This document shows, piece after piece, positions 41,670-51,274 of a DNA stretch of 64,000 bases. Origin of the DNA: an uncultured delta proteobacterium (GTDB lineage Bacteria > Myxococcota_A > Polyangia > Polyangiales > Polyangiaceae). The translations under genes and the position numbers were made by a program. The stretch's first letter is position 1. Each line of letters opens with the position of its first letter. The stretch lies in the NCBI GenBank assembly GCA_963716725.1, contig CAVQUB010000002.1, positions 96,001 to 160,000 of the forward strand, written 5' to 3'. The notes below the pieces were generated by a model. That model saw nothing but the letters and a program-made list of their open reading frames with translations. It searched no databases and was not told where the DNA came from.

Positions 41670-42500
41670 ATGGCACGAATGTTCGGGTTCATCGGAAACC
41701 GCGCCGACCTGGGCGCCCGAGTGCTCGAGCTGCACACGGCCGCGCTGAACGTGCGGTCGGAGGAGGGCCAGACTCTCGGCTGGGGCATCGGCTTCTATCA
41801 GGCCGGCGAGGTGCTGCTGCGCCGACGTCCCATCGACGATCGCCCGCTGATCGAGATCGCCGAGGCGACGCGCGGCCTCCGCACCGACGCGATGATCGGC
41901 CACGTGCGCCGGGCCACCGTCGGTGCCTTGCGCACCGAGAACACCCATCCGTTTCGCTACCGTTCCTGGCTCTTCGGCCAGACGGGCACTATCCAAGGCT
42001 TCGAGCGCTTGCGCGAACGGCTGCTCGAATCACTGCCGGAGTTTCTCAGGCGCAACGTGCGGGGCGACACTGACAGCGAGATTTTCTTTCATCTCTTCCT
42101 CTCGTTTCTCCACGACTCCGGCCACCTCAACGACGCCGATGTGGCCACTGAGCACGTCGTCGCCGCGCTGCGTTCGAGCGTCGCCCTGGTCGATCGGCTG
42201 TCCGCCGAAGAGGGCCACGGGCAGAATTCGGGCGACACGCTGGTGACCAACGGTGAGCAGATGGTGGCCTTGCACCGCAACGGCGGCATGGCCTATCGAG
42301 TGCTGCGCGGACGCTATGACATCGAGGAACTGCTCGGGGCGGAGAGCCGGATGAAGCTCAAAATCCCCGCCGTCGAGAGCACCCACTTCACGCTGATCGC
42401 GTCGGAACTCGCGGCCGTTCCAGCGGGCTGGACAGCGGTCGACGGTGCGAGCATCGTCACGCTCACGCGTACCGATGACCCACTGGTCGAAGCGATCTGA
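41670..42500 (+). CDS. Class II glutamine amidotransferase-like (EgtC/YafJ-like), N-terminal Cys replaced by Ala
   Basis: GWGIGFY, IGHVRRATVG, ENTHPF, GDTDSE; begins MARMFGF. Confidence 0.85.
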   Translation: MARMFGFIGNRADLGARVLELHTAALNVRSEEGQTLGWGIGFYQAGEVLLRRRPIDDRPLIEIAEATRGLRTDAMIGHVRRATVGALRTENTHPFRYRSWLFGQTGTIQGFERLRERLLESLPEFLRRNVRGDTDSEIFFHLFLSFLHDSGHLNDADVATEHVVAALRSSVALVDRLSAEEGHGQNSGDTLVTNGEQMVALHRNGGMAYRVLRGRYDIEELLGAESRMKLKIPAVESTHFTLIASELAAVPAGWTAVDGASIVTLTRTDDPLVEAI

Positions 42501-43146
42501 CCCCCGGCTCGACCGAGCCAGCGTGCTCGCCGCGAGCGCGCTGTTCGCCGTAGCGGGCTGCGCTTCCATGGGTGCGGGGGGCCTCGAGACCACCACCTCA
42601 CTCGACACGGCGCCGCGGCGCGCCCCCGGCGTCGCGGTCGATCCGGCGCCCGAGCTTCCGGCGGCAGCAGCGTCCGCGCACCCCGAACAGGGAGTGGTCG
42701 TGCTCCGTGCGCCGCAAGATCCCGAGGCCGCCCGGGACGTGGTGCGGGGGTTCTTCCGCGCTATCGGTCAGGGCTCCTTCGCCGAACTCGAGCCGCTGAT
42801 CGCCGAAGACGCCTGGCTCAGCGCCGGCGCCAGCGTGGGACGCCAAAAGGCCCGCCAGTACTGGCAAACCCGGCTCACGCGCCTGGACTACGGCGCCATC
42901 GCCGGCTCCCTGGTGTTCCGCGAAGGCGAGCTCGAGACCTACCGTGCCGCAGACCTCGCGGCGCTCAGGCCCCCGCGCTCCCTGGGCGTCGTTGCTCGAG
43001 GCGACGACGTCGTCGTGCGCGTGCCGATCGCCTCGCCAAGGTTCGGCAAGACTCGTCTCTTCGGCGACGAAATCGTGTTCCTGCTCCGGCCGAAGGGCAG
43101 CGGCTACTCGATCGTCGACATGGCCGAAGAGTTCATGCTGCCGTAG
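42475..43146 (+). CDS. Hypothetical lipoprotein
   Basis: Lipobox VAGC; VVRGFFRAI..LEPL suggests an NTF2-like fold; start uncertain. Confidence 0.6.
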   Translation: MTHWSKRSDPRLDRASVLAASALFAVAGCASMGAGGLETTTSLDTAPRRAPGVAVDPAPELPAAAASAHPEQGVVVLRAPQDPEAARDVVRGFFRAIGQGSFAELEPLIAEDAWLSAGASVGRQKARQYWQTRLTRLDYGAIAGSLVFREGELETYRAADLAALRPPRSLGVVARGDDVVVRVPIASPRFGKTRLFGDEIVFLLRPKGSGYSIVDMAEEFMLP

Positions 43147-43152
43147 AGCCCC

Positions 43153-44073
43153 TCAGTTCAGACGGCCTTGGGCGCCGAGGCGGGCGACGTCGAACACGCC
43201 GCGCTCCTTGGCTCGAGCCAGGGTCTGCAAAGCTGCGCGGTACCCGCGCAACACGAGGGAGCGCGCGGCGAAGCGATTCAAGTAACCGAAACGGCCGATG
43301 TCCGGCGCGATGTCGATGAAAGTGCAGCGCGGGTGCACGTGGGTGTAGAGATCGATCCCTCGCCGCTCCTTCTCGGTCAAGAGGATGTTGAGCGTCTGGT
43401 TCATGACCGAAAACGGGCCGCTCCGCGCCATGCTGCGCGACCTGCGCTCGCCCTCGGCGGGGCGGTAGATGTTCGAGACGATGACGATGTCGGCGCCGGC
43501 TTCGACAGCGACGTCGGCGGACAAGGTTCGCGCCACCTCGCCGTCCAGGTGATACCGACCATTGATCTCGTAGGGCCGAAACAAGCCCGGAACCGCGCAC
43601 GACGCCGCGACAGCGCGACTGATGGGCGTCTCGGCGTCGTAGCCCTTGCCGAAGAGCACTCGCTCTGCGCGATCCACGTCCACCGACGTGACGATCACCC
43701 GCTGCTCGACCTTGCGAAAGTCGTTGATGGGCAGGTGGCGCCGCAGATAGCGCTCGAGTTTGTCGAGGCTGAAGAGCCCGCTCGAGAGGTAGCCGGGATC
43801 GGCCAACTGTTTCAGAGACGGCAAACCAAAGAACGTGTCGAGGTGAAAGCGCGGCCCCTGGTGTCGGCGTTTCCACGGCAGCCGGTAGCCGTCGAGCAAC
43901 ACGTCGAGCGGGACCCCCTGCCCGTAGGTCGCCGCCACGATGGCGCCGGCGCTCGCGCCGACGAAGATCGTCGGCACAATCCCGAGCTCTTCGCAGGCTT
44001 TCAGAACACCCAAGTGCGCGATGCCGCGCGCTGCTCCCCCCGTCCCTACGAATGCCACGGTGGGCTTCTTCAT
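43153..44073 (-). CDS. Patatin-like phospholipase
   Basis: GGAARG oxyanion motif, GASAG nucleophile, ASCAVPGLF, LDGE. Confidence 0.93.
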   Translation of the reverse strand: MKKPTVAFVGTGGAARGIAHLGVLKACEELGIVPTIFVGASAGAIVAATYGQGVPLDVLLDGYRLPWKRRHQGPRFHLDTFFGLPSLKQLADPGYLSSGLFSLDKLERYLRRHLPINDFRKVEQRVIVTSVDVDRAERVLFGKGYDAETPISRAVAASCAVPGLFRPYEINGRYHLDGEVARTLSADVAVEAGADIVIVSNIYRPAEGERRSRSMARSGPFSVMNQTLNILLTEKERRGIDLYTHVHPRCTFIDIAPDIGRFGYLNRFAARSLVLRGYRAALQTLARAKERGVFDVARLGAQGRLN

Positions 44074-44185
44074 GCTGCGACCTCTTCCGACTCCAGAGCG
44101 CGTGAGGGTACGGACCTTCACATAATCTGACGGACGGACGGCCCTCGCACCAACTTCTGCGCCAACGCGTCGCGTTAACTGGCGA

Positions 44186-44668
44186 CTACATGCCCGAAAT
44201 GATCTTGTAAGACTCCCCTACCGGCACCAGCTCGAGACGATTGTCCGCGACCACGTGGCGCCACACGTCACCGGCGTCGGTGGGGATCTTGTAGCTCGCG
44301 CTGTAGGTGTAATCGACGGCCACCGACGTGTTGCGACCCTTGCCGACTCGCCGATACCGGATTTCGTAGCGAATGCCCTTGGTCCGAGCGAAGTGGTCTT
44401 CGAGGTATGCGCGCAACCCAGCGTGGTCCAGATCATCGGCAGCGTCGGTGTTTCCGCCGTCTTCGTAGTAGCTGGTGTCGGCGAGTTGCAGCAGCCTTCC
44501 GACCTTCTTCTGCTCGACGGCGCGCCGGTATTCTTCGCAGAAGTCGATGACCTTGCGGTTGTCGGTGGTGTCCTCGACGTCGGTGTTCGGAATGGAGTGA
44601 CCGCCGCACCCCGCCAGGGTCAGAGCGAGTAGCAAGCCAGGCCAGCGCAGGGGAACCAGGGAGGGCAT
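44186..44668 (-). CDS. Hypothetical lipoprotein
   Basis: Lipobox LAGC; IPNTDVEDT, YYEDGG, ends IISGM. Confidence 0.75.
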   Translation of the reverse strand: MPSLVPLRWPGLLLALTLAGCGGHSIPNTDVEDTTDNRKVIDFCEEYRRAVEQKKVGRLLQLADTSYYEDGGNTDAADDLDHAGLRAYLEDHFARTKGIRYEIRYRRVGKGRNTSVAVDYTYSASYKIPTDAGDVWRHVVADNRLELVPVGESYKIISGM

Positions 44669-44769
44669 CGAGGGAGTATCCGGTGTCAACGCGCCGCGAG
44701 GGCGCTCGCATTCCGGGCCGGCACACTGCCAAACGCCACCGCATCCGGCAAGGCCTTCCGAGAACTCCC

Positions 44770-46621
44770 CTAGGCGAGAGCCGCCGCCCGAGCGAGGGCC
44801 GCGCGAAAGGAGGGCCAGCCTGGCGCCTCTCCTCCGAGCGCCCCACGCCCCTCACGGGCAGCGAAGAGCGCGGCAGCCAGGCGCTGCCGCGAGATGGCCT
44901 CTGCCCCGTCAACCCCCAGGACCGCCGCGATGGCGCCCTGGGCGGGCAAGGGCCACTCGGCGGCCTGCCAGAGGGCGCCGACAGCGTCTCCGATGAGCTC
45001 CGCGGCGACGACCAACGCAAAGTCCACCCGGCCGGCGCTGATCCAATCGTGCGCCACGAGCAACGCCTCGATGGCGGCGGCCGGACTGGCGCCGACGCTG
45101 AAGGACGGGCCGTGCAGACCCAGAGCTATTGTGCACTCGCCGGCGCAGAGATTGGGTGACGTCGCAGGAAAACGCCGCGGCTCTGGACCGCGGCGCCGTC
45201 GGCGCCTCTCGAAATCGGCATCGATCTCCAGGGTCGCGGCGGCCGTTCCCACGATCACCGCCGTGCGATCACTGAGCGAGAGCCCGGCGCTTGCGTCGAG
45301 CACCGCGGCGACCGTGAGCGCCGAGAGCCCATCCATGCGGTCGAGCTTGATCGCATCGGTCAACACTCGTCCCTCGAGCTGCCTGGGATCACTTCGAAGC
45401 ACGGGCGTCCCGATCCGGAGCAACCTCACGAGTCTCGGAGCTACTTCGGGCTTGGGATCGTGCGTTGCGCTCAGTACCAGCGCTGCGTTCGCACCGCCGA
45501 ACGCGCTCGACAGCTTGAGGCAGACGCGAGCTTCGGTCGCCTCGGCCCGTTCGAGGATTCGCGCGTGAAGCGCCGGCTCGACCGGGCCGTCACCGGTCGT
45601 GGCCGGCGCCACGCCTTGGCGGCACGCCGCCAAGGCAAACAAGGACTCGATGGCCCCGGCAGCGCCGAGCGTGTGTCCGATGGCGCCCTTCAAGGCGTGA
45701 ACCACGACGTCGGCTGAGTTCGAACCGAAGACCTCGCGGAGGGCGTGAGCTTCTGCCGCATCGTTGTAGGGCGTTCCCGTTCCGTGAGCGCTGACGGAGC
45801 GCACGTCGCAGGCCTCGACGCCGGCGTCTTCGAGAGCACCGCGCGCCGCCCGGGCGAGTCCGGCGCCGGATCGAATCCGGCGCCGTGACGTGAAGGGCAT
45901 CACTGGTGGCGCCGAAGCCAAGCACCGCCCCGAACGGGGCCTCGGAACCGCGACAGAGCGCGAGCAGCGCGGCCCCTTCGCCCAGCGCGAGCCCGTCGCG
46001 GCTCACCCGGAATGGAGCCGGCGCTTCGCTGGTCGCGCCCAGGCACTCGAAGCCCGACGCGATGAACGGCGACACCGCGTCGTAACCTCCGGCAATGACC
46101 AGATCGGCGGCACCGATGGACAGCCAGGTCAGGGCCTGGCCGATGGCGAAGGTCGACGATGCACAGGCCGCGAGCAGCTGCGTGCAGAGTTCGGCGCTGG
46201 CGCCGAGGCGCGACAGCAGCGCGTCGATGGGGCCGAAGTAGGGGCAGCGTCGCGCGAGTTCGAGGTCAATGGGCCGCCCCGTATCAAGGCGCGCCAGGGC
46301 GTCCTCGAAGCTGCGCATGCCGCCACCGGACGTGCCCAACGCCACGGCCAGCCGGCGCGAGCGGAAGTCCGGCATCCGCAGCTCCAGCTCGCGGACGAGC
46401 TCTTCGCTGGCGCTGGCGAGGAGCGCGGCAGCTCGGTCGGCGCCGGGCACAACGACGACCTCGGCTCGCGCGGCGAAAGGCTTGCGCAGGCCGGCGGCCT
46501 CGAGCTCGGCGTCGCGGCGCACCCGGCTCGCCGCGAGGGCTCCGATCCGGCCAGGGTGCACCGCGGCCTCCCCCAATCCGAGGGCCGAGACTGCGCCGTA
46601 GGCTACGACCACGGCGCTCAT
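44770..46621 (-). CDS. Beta-ketoacyl synthase fused to a CLF-like domain (frameshift near 45875)
   Basis: LAACASS, HVTAPD, SAHGTGT, KGAIGHTLG, SAFGG; removing one T gives HVTAPDRSGAGLARA; C-terminal RMDGLS..EPRRFPATSPN. Confidence 0.85.
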
Positions 46622-48780
46622 GGCTTCGTCGCTTGCACTTCGATCGCAAACGCATACGTGTGACCCCGGCCGGTGGAGACCCACAGCGCTTGCTCAGCTT
46701 CGCCGGCCAGGAGCGACGCCACCGCCCGGACGAAACCGAAGCCGCCGCGCGCCTCCGGCGGAACCCCGGCAAAGCTCGGCGCTTCGAGGGGAACGTCCCG
46801 CCACGAAGAAGCGGCGACGAAGGTCTGGGAACCGGGCATGCAGAATGCCCGCGCGCGTTCCGGCCGCGGTGCGGGCAAATCCTCGGGCCGAGCCGCGTCG
46901 CTCCAGAACGACACCACCGGATCTCCGGCCGCTCCTCCGCGCGTCAACAGCGCAAACGACGCCCCCTCGCCGCGAGGTTCGGTCGCATCGGCGCCAGCCA
47001 AGTGCAGGGGCGCGAGCACGCGCTCCGCAACGCGATCGTGAGGCTCGGCAGAGCCTGCGATGATCGCGTCGGCCTGTTCGTCTTCGAGCAAAGCGAGCGC
47101 GATGCACAGCGCAGACTCGGCGGAGGTCGCGAGATCCGCATTTGACATCACCGGACCATGCAGCCCAAGGTAAATGCTCGCGTTGAACGCCGGCGCCGAG
47201 GGCACCAGATGCGGAAAATCCGCGGGGCTCGCGAAGCGCGGACCACGTTCGAAGACCCGGCGTTGGAAGTCGACCGTACGCTCGATGTTGCCGAAGGCCG
47301 ACCCGGCGACGAGCCCCACCGCCGACAGCGCCCCATGCAGCCCGCCGGCGACAGCGGCCGCGCCCAGCGTGACCAGCGACGACGCGCGGTCAAAGCGCCG
47401 GGACCGTGTCGCGTCGAGTCGTTCGACCAACGGCTCTCGCTCGGTCGACGAACTCGAGCGCGACGGCCGCGTCGCGATCTCGGCGTCCTGCGCCAGCGCT
47501 CCACCCACCAGGGTGACGACCGACGAGACGCGCAGCGTGCTGCCTCGCCGAGTGCGGTCGGGTCGTGGACGGTCGCTGGAAGAAAGCAGCAGAACGGTGC
47601 CCGCGCCCCCGAACCCGAAGGAGGTCGAGAGCGCCGTGCGCAGCCGAGCGGGCTGGGCCCGGCCGATCACGTGGCGGAACCCCAGGGCCGGATCGGGCGT
47701 CTCGAGCCCACCGGTGGGCGGCATCAGGCCCTCGGCGACCGCGAGCACCGTGAGCGCTGCTTCGATGGCGCCCGACGCCCCCAGCGTGTGCCCGATCTGT
47801 CCCTTGGACGACGACACGTGAATTCGTCCAAGTTCGTCCCCCAGCGCACTGGCCAGCGCCCGAGCTTCGGCGGCATCGTTTTGCAGCGTCGCCGTTCCGT
47901 GCGCGTTCACGTAGTCGAGCTCCGACACCGCGACGCCCGCCCGGGACAGCGCTCGCTCGATCAGCCGCGCGGCGCCGACACCATTCGGCTCGGGATGGGT
48001 GATGTGGTGAGCCTCGGCTCCGACCGCCCAACCGTCGAGCCACGCCAAGATCGTCGCGCCGCGGTCCCCGGCGCTCGCCGCAGACTCGAGCAGCAAGAAG
48101 GCCGCACCCTCACCGAGAGTGAGCCCGCTGCGCGCCACGTCGAAGGGGCGGCATGCCATCGGCGAAAGCACGCCCAGGGCATCGAAGCCGGTGAAGGTCA
48201 ACCGACAGAGCGCATCGGCCCCGCCGACCAACGCGCGCGAGGCGCGACCGTGTTCGATCCAGCCCGCGCCCAGCAAGATGGCGTTCGCGCCACTCGAGCA
48301 TGCGCTGCACACGGACGCCGATCGTCCCCGAGTCCGGAGCTCTGTCGCCAAGCGCTCGAGGGGGGTCGACAGAGGATAGGACAGGAGGCGCCGCGCGGCC
48401 TGCTCGGGGGCGAGCCCCGAGTCCCCGAGAAAGACGCCCTCGGCCTCGAGCATGCCCCCGGTGGTGCCGCCCACCGCCAACGCGAGGTCCGAGCCCGGAT
48501 CCCGAAGGCCGGCATGGGCGAGTGCGGATTGGGCCGCCAGCACCACCATCACGTCGGTCCGCGACCAGGCGTCGACCCCAGCCGCCGGCACCAAGCCTGG
48601 GTCCATCGGCTTCACCTCCGCTGCCAGTCCAGAACGCTGGCCGCTGACGTCGAAGAGCGTCACCGGCCCAATCCCAGTCTCTCCCGCGCAGAGGCGGGAC
48701 CAGGTCTCCATCGCGCTACCGCCCAACGCCGACACGATGCCCACGCCGGTGACCGCGACGCGTTGTCTGCGAGCCGTCAT
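46618..48780 (-). CDS. Beta-ketoacyl synthase fused to a CLF-like domain
   Basis: SACSSG, NAHGTAT, SKGQIGHTLG, SFGFGG; second domain RRFDRAS..SPADFPHLVPSAP without the catalytic triad. Confidence 0.9.
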   Translation of the reverse strand: MTARRQRVAVTGVGIVSALGGSAMETWSRLCAGETGIGPVTLFDVSGQRSGLAAEVKPMDPGLVPAAGVDAWSRTDVMVVLAAQSALAHAGLRDPGSDLALAVGGTTGGMLEAEGVFLGDSGLAPEQAARRLLSYPLSTPLERLATELRTRGRSASVCSACSSGANAILLGAGWIEHGRASRALVGGADALCRLTFTGFDALGVLSPMACRPFDVARSGLTLGEGAAFLLLESAASAGDRGATILAWLDGWAVGAEAHHITHPEPNGVGAARLIERALSRAGVAVSELDYVNAHGTATLQNDAAEARALASALGDELGRIHVSSSKGQIGHTLGASGAIEAALTVLAVAEGLMPPTGGLETPDPALGFRHVIGRAQPARLRTALSTSFGFGGAGTVLLLSSSDRPRPDRTRRGSTLRVSSVVTLVGGALAQDAEIATRPSRSSSSTEREPLVERLDATRSRRFDRASSLVTLGAAAVAGGLHGALSAVGLVAGSAFGNIERTVDFQRRVFERGPRFASPADFPHLVPSAPAFNASIYLGLHGPVMSNADLATSAESALCIALALLEDEQADAIIAGSAEPHDRVAERVLAPLHLAGADATEPRGEGASFALLTRGGAAGDPVVSFWSDAARPEDLPAPRPERARAFCMPGSQTFVAASSWRDVPLEAPSFAGVPPEARGGFGFVRAVASLLAGEAEQALWVSTGRGHTYAFAIEVQATKP

Positions 48781-48783
48781 CTC

Positions 48784-49047
48784 TCAGCTCTGCCGCAGGC
48801 GCTCGATTTCCAACGCCAGGGCCGCCACCGAAGCGAAGACCGGTCGCGCCGCTTCCCCTTCCGGCAGTCGAACACCAAAGCGCTCTTCGATGGCGAGCGC
48901 CAGTTGCAGCGCGTCGAGCGAGTCCAGTCCGAGGCCGGCGCCGAAGAGCGGCGAGTCGTCGCCGATTTCGTCTGCCTTCTGGCCTCGCAGGTCGAGCTCC
49001 TGGACGAGGATGTCTTTGATGGCCCGCTTGAGTTCGTCGTGGTCCAC
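48784..49047 (-). CDS. Acyl carrier protein
   Basis: PLFGAGLGLDSLDAL phosphopantetheine site, IEERFGV. Confidence 0.93.
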   Translation of the reverse strand: MDHDELKRAIKDILVQELDLRGQKADEIGDDSPLFGAGLGLDSLDALQLALAIEERFGVRLPEGEAARPVFASVAALALEIERLRQS

Positions 49048-49164
49048 AGGTCGCCTGAGAAGCTGGAGCATAGCGCGAACCGAGGGGAACTGAAGCGTCC
49101 CCTTTCGATCCGCGCTAGGGTCCGTTCACCCGAGGCTGCGGGGCTCGGAGGAGAAGGACCCGTC

Positions 49165-49953
49165 GTGAGCAACCTGGTCGGATACAAGACAGATCGCGGA
49201 GTCGCGCTCGTCACGCTCGACGATCCGCCGACCAACGCCACCACACACGAGTTGATGAAGGAGCTGGACGAGGCCATCATCGAAGCGCGTTTCGACCCCG
49301 ACGTGCACGCAATCGTGCTGACGGGCTCCGGCGACCGTCACTTCTGCAGCGGCGCAGATCTGGACTTGCTGCGAGAGTCGGACGCGACCTTCAAGTACTA
49401 CTTCGGCATGCACGTCGCCGAGACCCTGCGGCGCCTGGAAGAGACGCCGAAGTTGTGCGTCGCGGCCCTGAACGGCAGCGCGAGCAGCGGCGGCTTCGAC
49501 TTGGCCATGGCCTGCGACATCCGGATCGCGCGACAGGGTCCGTTTCGCCTCGGATCGCCGGAGGTCAAGCTGGGGTTGCTCCCGGCGGGGACGCAGCGGC
49601 TCACGCGCCTGGTCGGGACGGCGCGCGCCATGCAGATCATGATCGAAGGCGAAGAGTTCACTCTCGAGCAAGCGCTGGAGTGGGGACTGATCCACTATCT
49701 CTGGGAGACCGACTCGCTCGAGTCCTTTCAGGCCCGAGTCCGCGACTACGCCCACAAATTCACGCCGCCGCACAAGGCTTCGCTGGCCGTGGGACGCATC
49801 AAGCAGGCCGTTCACGCGGCCATCGATCTGCCGCTCGACCGCGGGCTCGCCATCGAACGCGCCTTGGCGGCGGAGCTCGCGACCACCGACGACGCCAAAG
49901 AGGGCCTCGCTGCCCACGCCGAGCGCCGCCAGGCGGTGTTCCGGGCGCGCTGA
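49165..49953 (+). CDS. Enoyl-CoA hydratase/isomerase family protein
   Basis: FCSGADL, GGFDLAMACDIR, PEVKLGLLP, TDDAKEG; GGAGG RBS before the GTG. Confidence 0.88.
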   Translation: MSNLVGYKTDRGVALVTLDDPPTNATTHELMKELDEAIIEARFDPDVHAIVLTGSGDRHFCSGADLDLLRESDATFKYYFGMHVAETLRRLEETPKLCVAALNGSASSGGFDLAMACDIRIARQGPFRLGSPEVKLGLLPAGTQRLTRLVGTARAMQIMIEGEEFTLEQALEWGLIHYLWETDSLESFQARVRDYAHKFTPPHKASLAVGRIKQAVHAAIDLPLDRGLAIERALAAELATTDDAKEGLAAHAERRQAVFRAR

Positions 49954-49959
49954 AGCGAG

Positions 49960-50970
49960 TCAGATCCCCAGTTTCTTCTTCACCTGCGCGAGCACATCCG
50001 CGTCTCGGACTCGGTCGGCGTCCGCCCGATACGACAAGACCATGCGATGGCGCAGCGCCGGCAGCGTGAGCGCGACGATGTCATCGACATCCGCCGCCGC
50101 CTCGCCGCGCAGCGCCGCCCGGGCCTTGGCGGCCAGAACGAGCGCTTGGCTCCCCCGGGGGCCGGCGCCGAACCTCACGTAGGTGCGCACTGCCTCCGGC
50201 GCCTCGGGTCCATCGGGGCGCGTCGCGCGCGCGAGCCGGACCGCGAGCTCTACCGCTTCGTCGGTGACCGGGATGCGCGGCACCAGGGCGCCGAGCGTGC
50301 GGATCTCGTCGCCGCTCAGCACTGCTTCGATCTCGGGCATCGGCCCCGACGTCGTGCGGCGCGCGATCTCGCGCTCCTCCAGCTCGCTCGGATAGTCCAC
50401 GTGCACCTCGAGCAAGAAGCGGTCGAGCTGCGCCTCGGGCAGCGGGTAAGTCCCCTCCTGCTCGATGGGGTTCTGGGTCGCGAACACTTGAAAAGGATCC
50501 GGAAGCGCGTGGGTGGTGCCGCCCACGGTCACCTGCCGCTCTTGCATCGCTTGCAGCAGCGCCGCTTGGGTCTTGGGAGGAGTCCGGTTGATCTCGTCGG
50601 CGAGCACCAGGTGTTTGAAGATGGGACCCGGCATGAAGCGCACTTCGCGCCGCACCACGCCCCTGTCCTCGACTTCGTTCAGCACGTCCGTACCGGTGAT
50701 GTCCGCGGGCAGAAGATCCGGAGTGAACTGCACCCGGCCAAAGCTGAGACTCAGCGCCCGAGCGACGCTGGCGACCAACAGGGTCTTTGCCAGCCCCGGT
50801 ACGCCCACGAGCAAGGCGTGCCCCCTCGCCAGCAGCGTGATCAGCATGATCTCGACCACTTGCTCCTGGCCGACCACGACCCGCGCCACCTGTTCCTTCA
50901 GCCGCCCGCACGCGCGCGCGCAGCTCTCGAGGAGCTCGGCGTCGTCGTTGGAGTGCCGTTGGTCGGTCAC
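49960..50970 (-). CDS. moxR: MoxR-family AAA+ ATPase
   Basis: [48 protein letters not shown]. Confidence 0.95.
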   Translation of the reverse strand: MTDQRHSNDDAELLESCARACGRLKEQVARVVVGQEQVVEIMLITLLARGHALLVGVPGLAKTLLVASVARALSLSFGRVQFTPDLLPADITGTDVLNEVEDRGVVRREVRFMPGPIFKHLVLADEINRTPPKTQAALLQAMQERQVTVGGTTHALPDPFQVFATQNPIEQEGTYPLPEAQLDRFLLEVHVDYPSELEEREIARRTTSGPMPEIEAVLSGDEIRTLGALVPRIPVTDEAVELAVRLARATRPDGPEAPEAVRTYVRFGAGPRGSQALVLAAKARAALRGEAAADVDDIVALTLPALRHRMVLSYRADADRVRDADVLAQVKKKLGI

Positions 50971-51079
50971 GGAGGCGCGGGATCATACTCGGATCCTGGG
51001 CCTGGCGGCGCGCAAAGCGGTGCGTTTCCGGCCTCGCAGAGGGTTGCCCCGGCGGCGTCCCGCGTGGTAGCCGAGGCGC

Positions 51080-51274
51080 GTGCAGACGGAGGCCACCGAC
51101 GCGGGCGCGACGCAAGCTCAGACGAGCCGCGTCATCATCGAGCGGCCCCCCGCGGGGTTGGCTCGAGGGCAGTACGCTTGGCCGGCCTGGGGCATCGGTG
51201 TGCTGGGCACGAGCGTGGTCATCCTGGGGCTGATCTACTTCGTCGTCTCCTCGAGGCGACGCCGCCGCCGATGA
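51080..51274 (+). CDS. Small single-TM membrane protein
   Basis: One hydrophobic helix followed by RRRRRR; ATGA overlap with the next gene. Confidence 0.65.
   Translation: MQTEATDAGATQAQTSRVIIERPPAGLARGQYAWPAWGIGVLGTSVVILGLIYFVVSSRRRRRR

Noticed and set aside
47158..49164. Long N-terminal extension of the 931-aa plus-strand ORF
   Set aside because: Antisense shadow of the KS and ACP genes; the real crotonase starts at GTG 49165 after a GGAGG RBS.
50047..51270. N-terminal half of the 733-aa ORF, and the many other long antisense ORFs (e.g. 7545-9578, 28824-30830, 38806-40722)
   Set aside because: Typical stop-poor shadow frames of high-GC genes, with no recognisable motifs and lying opposite well-supported CDSs.
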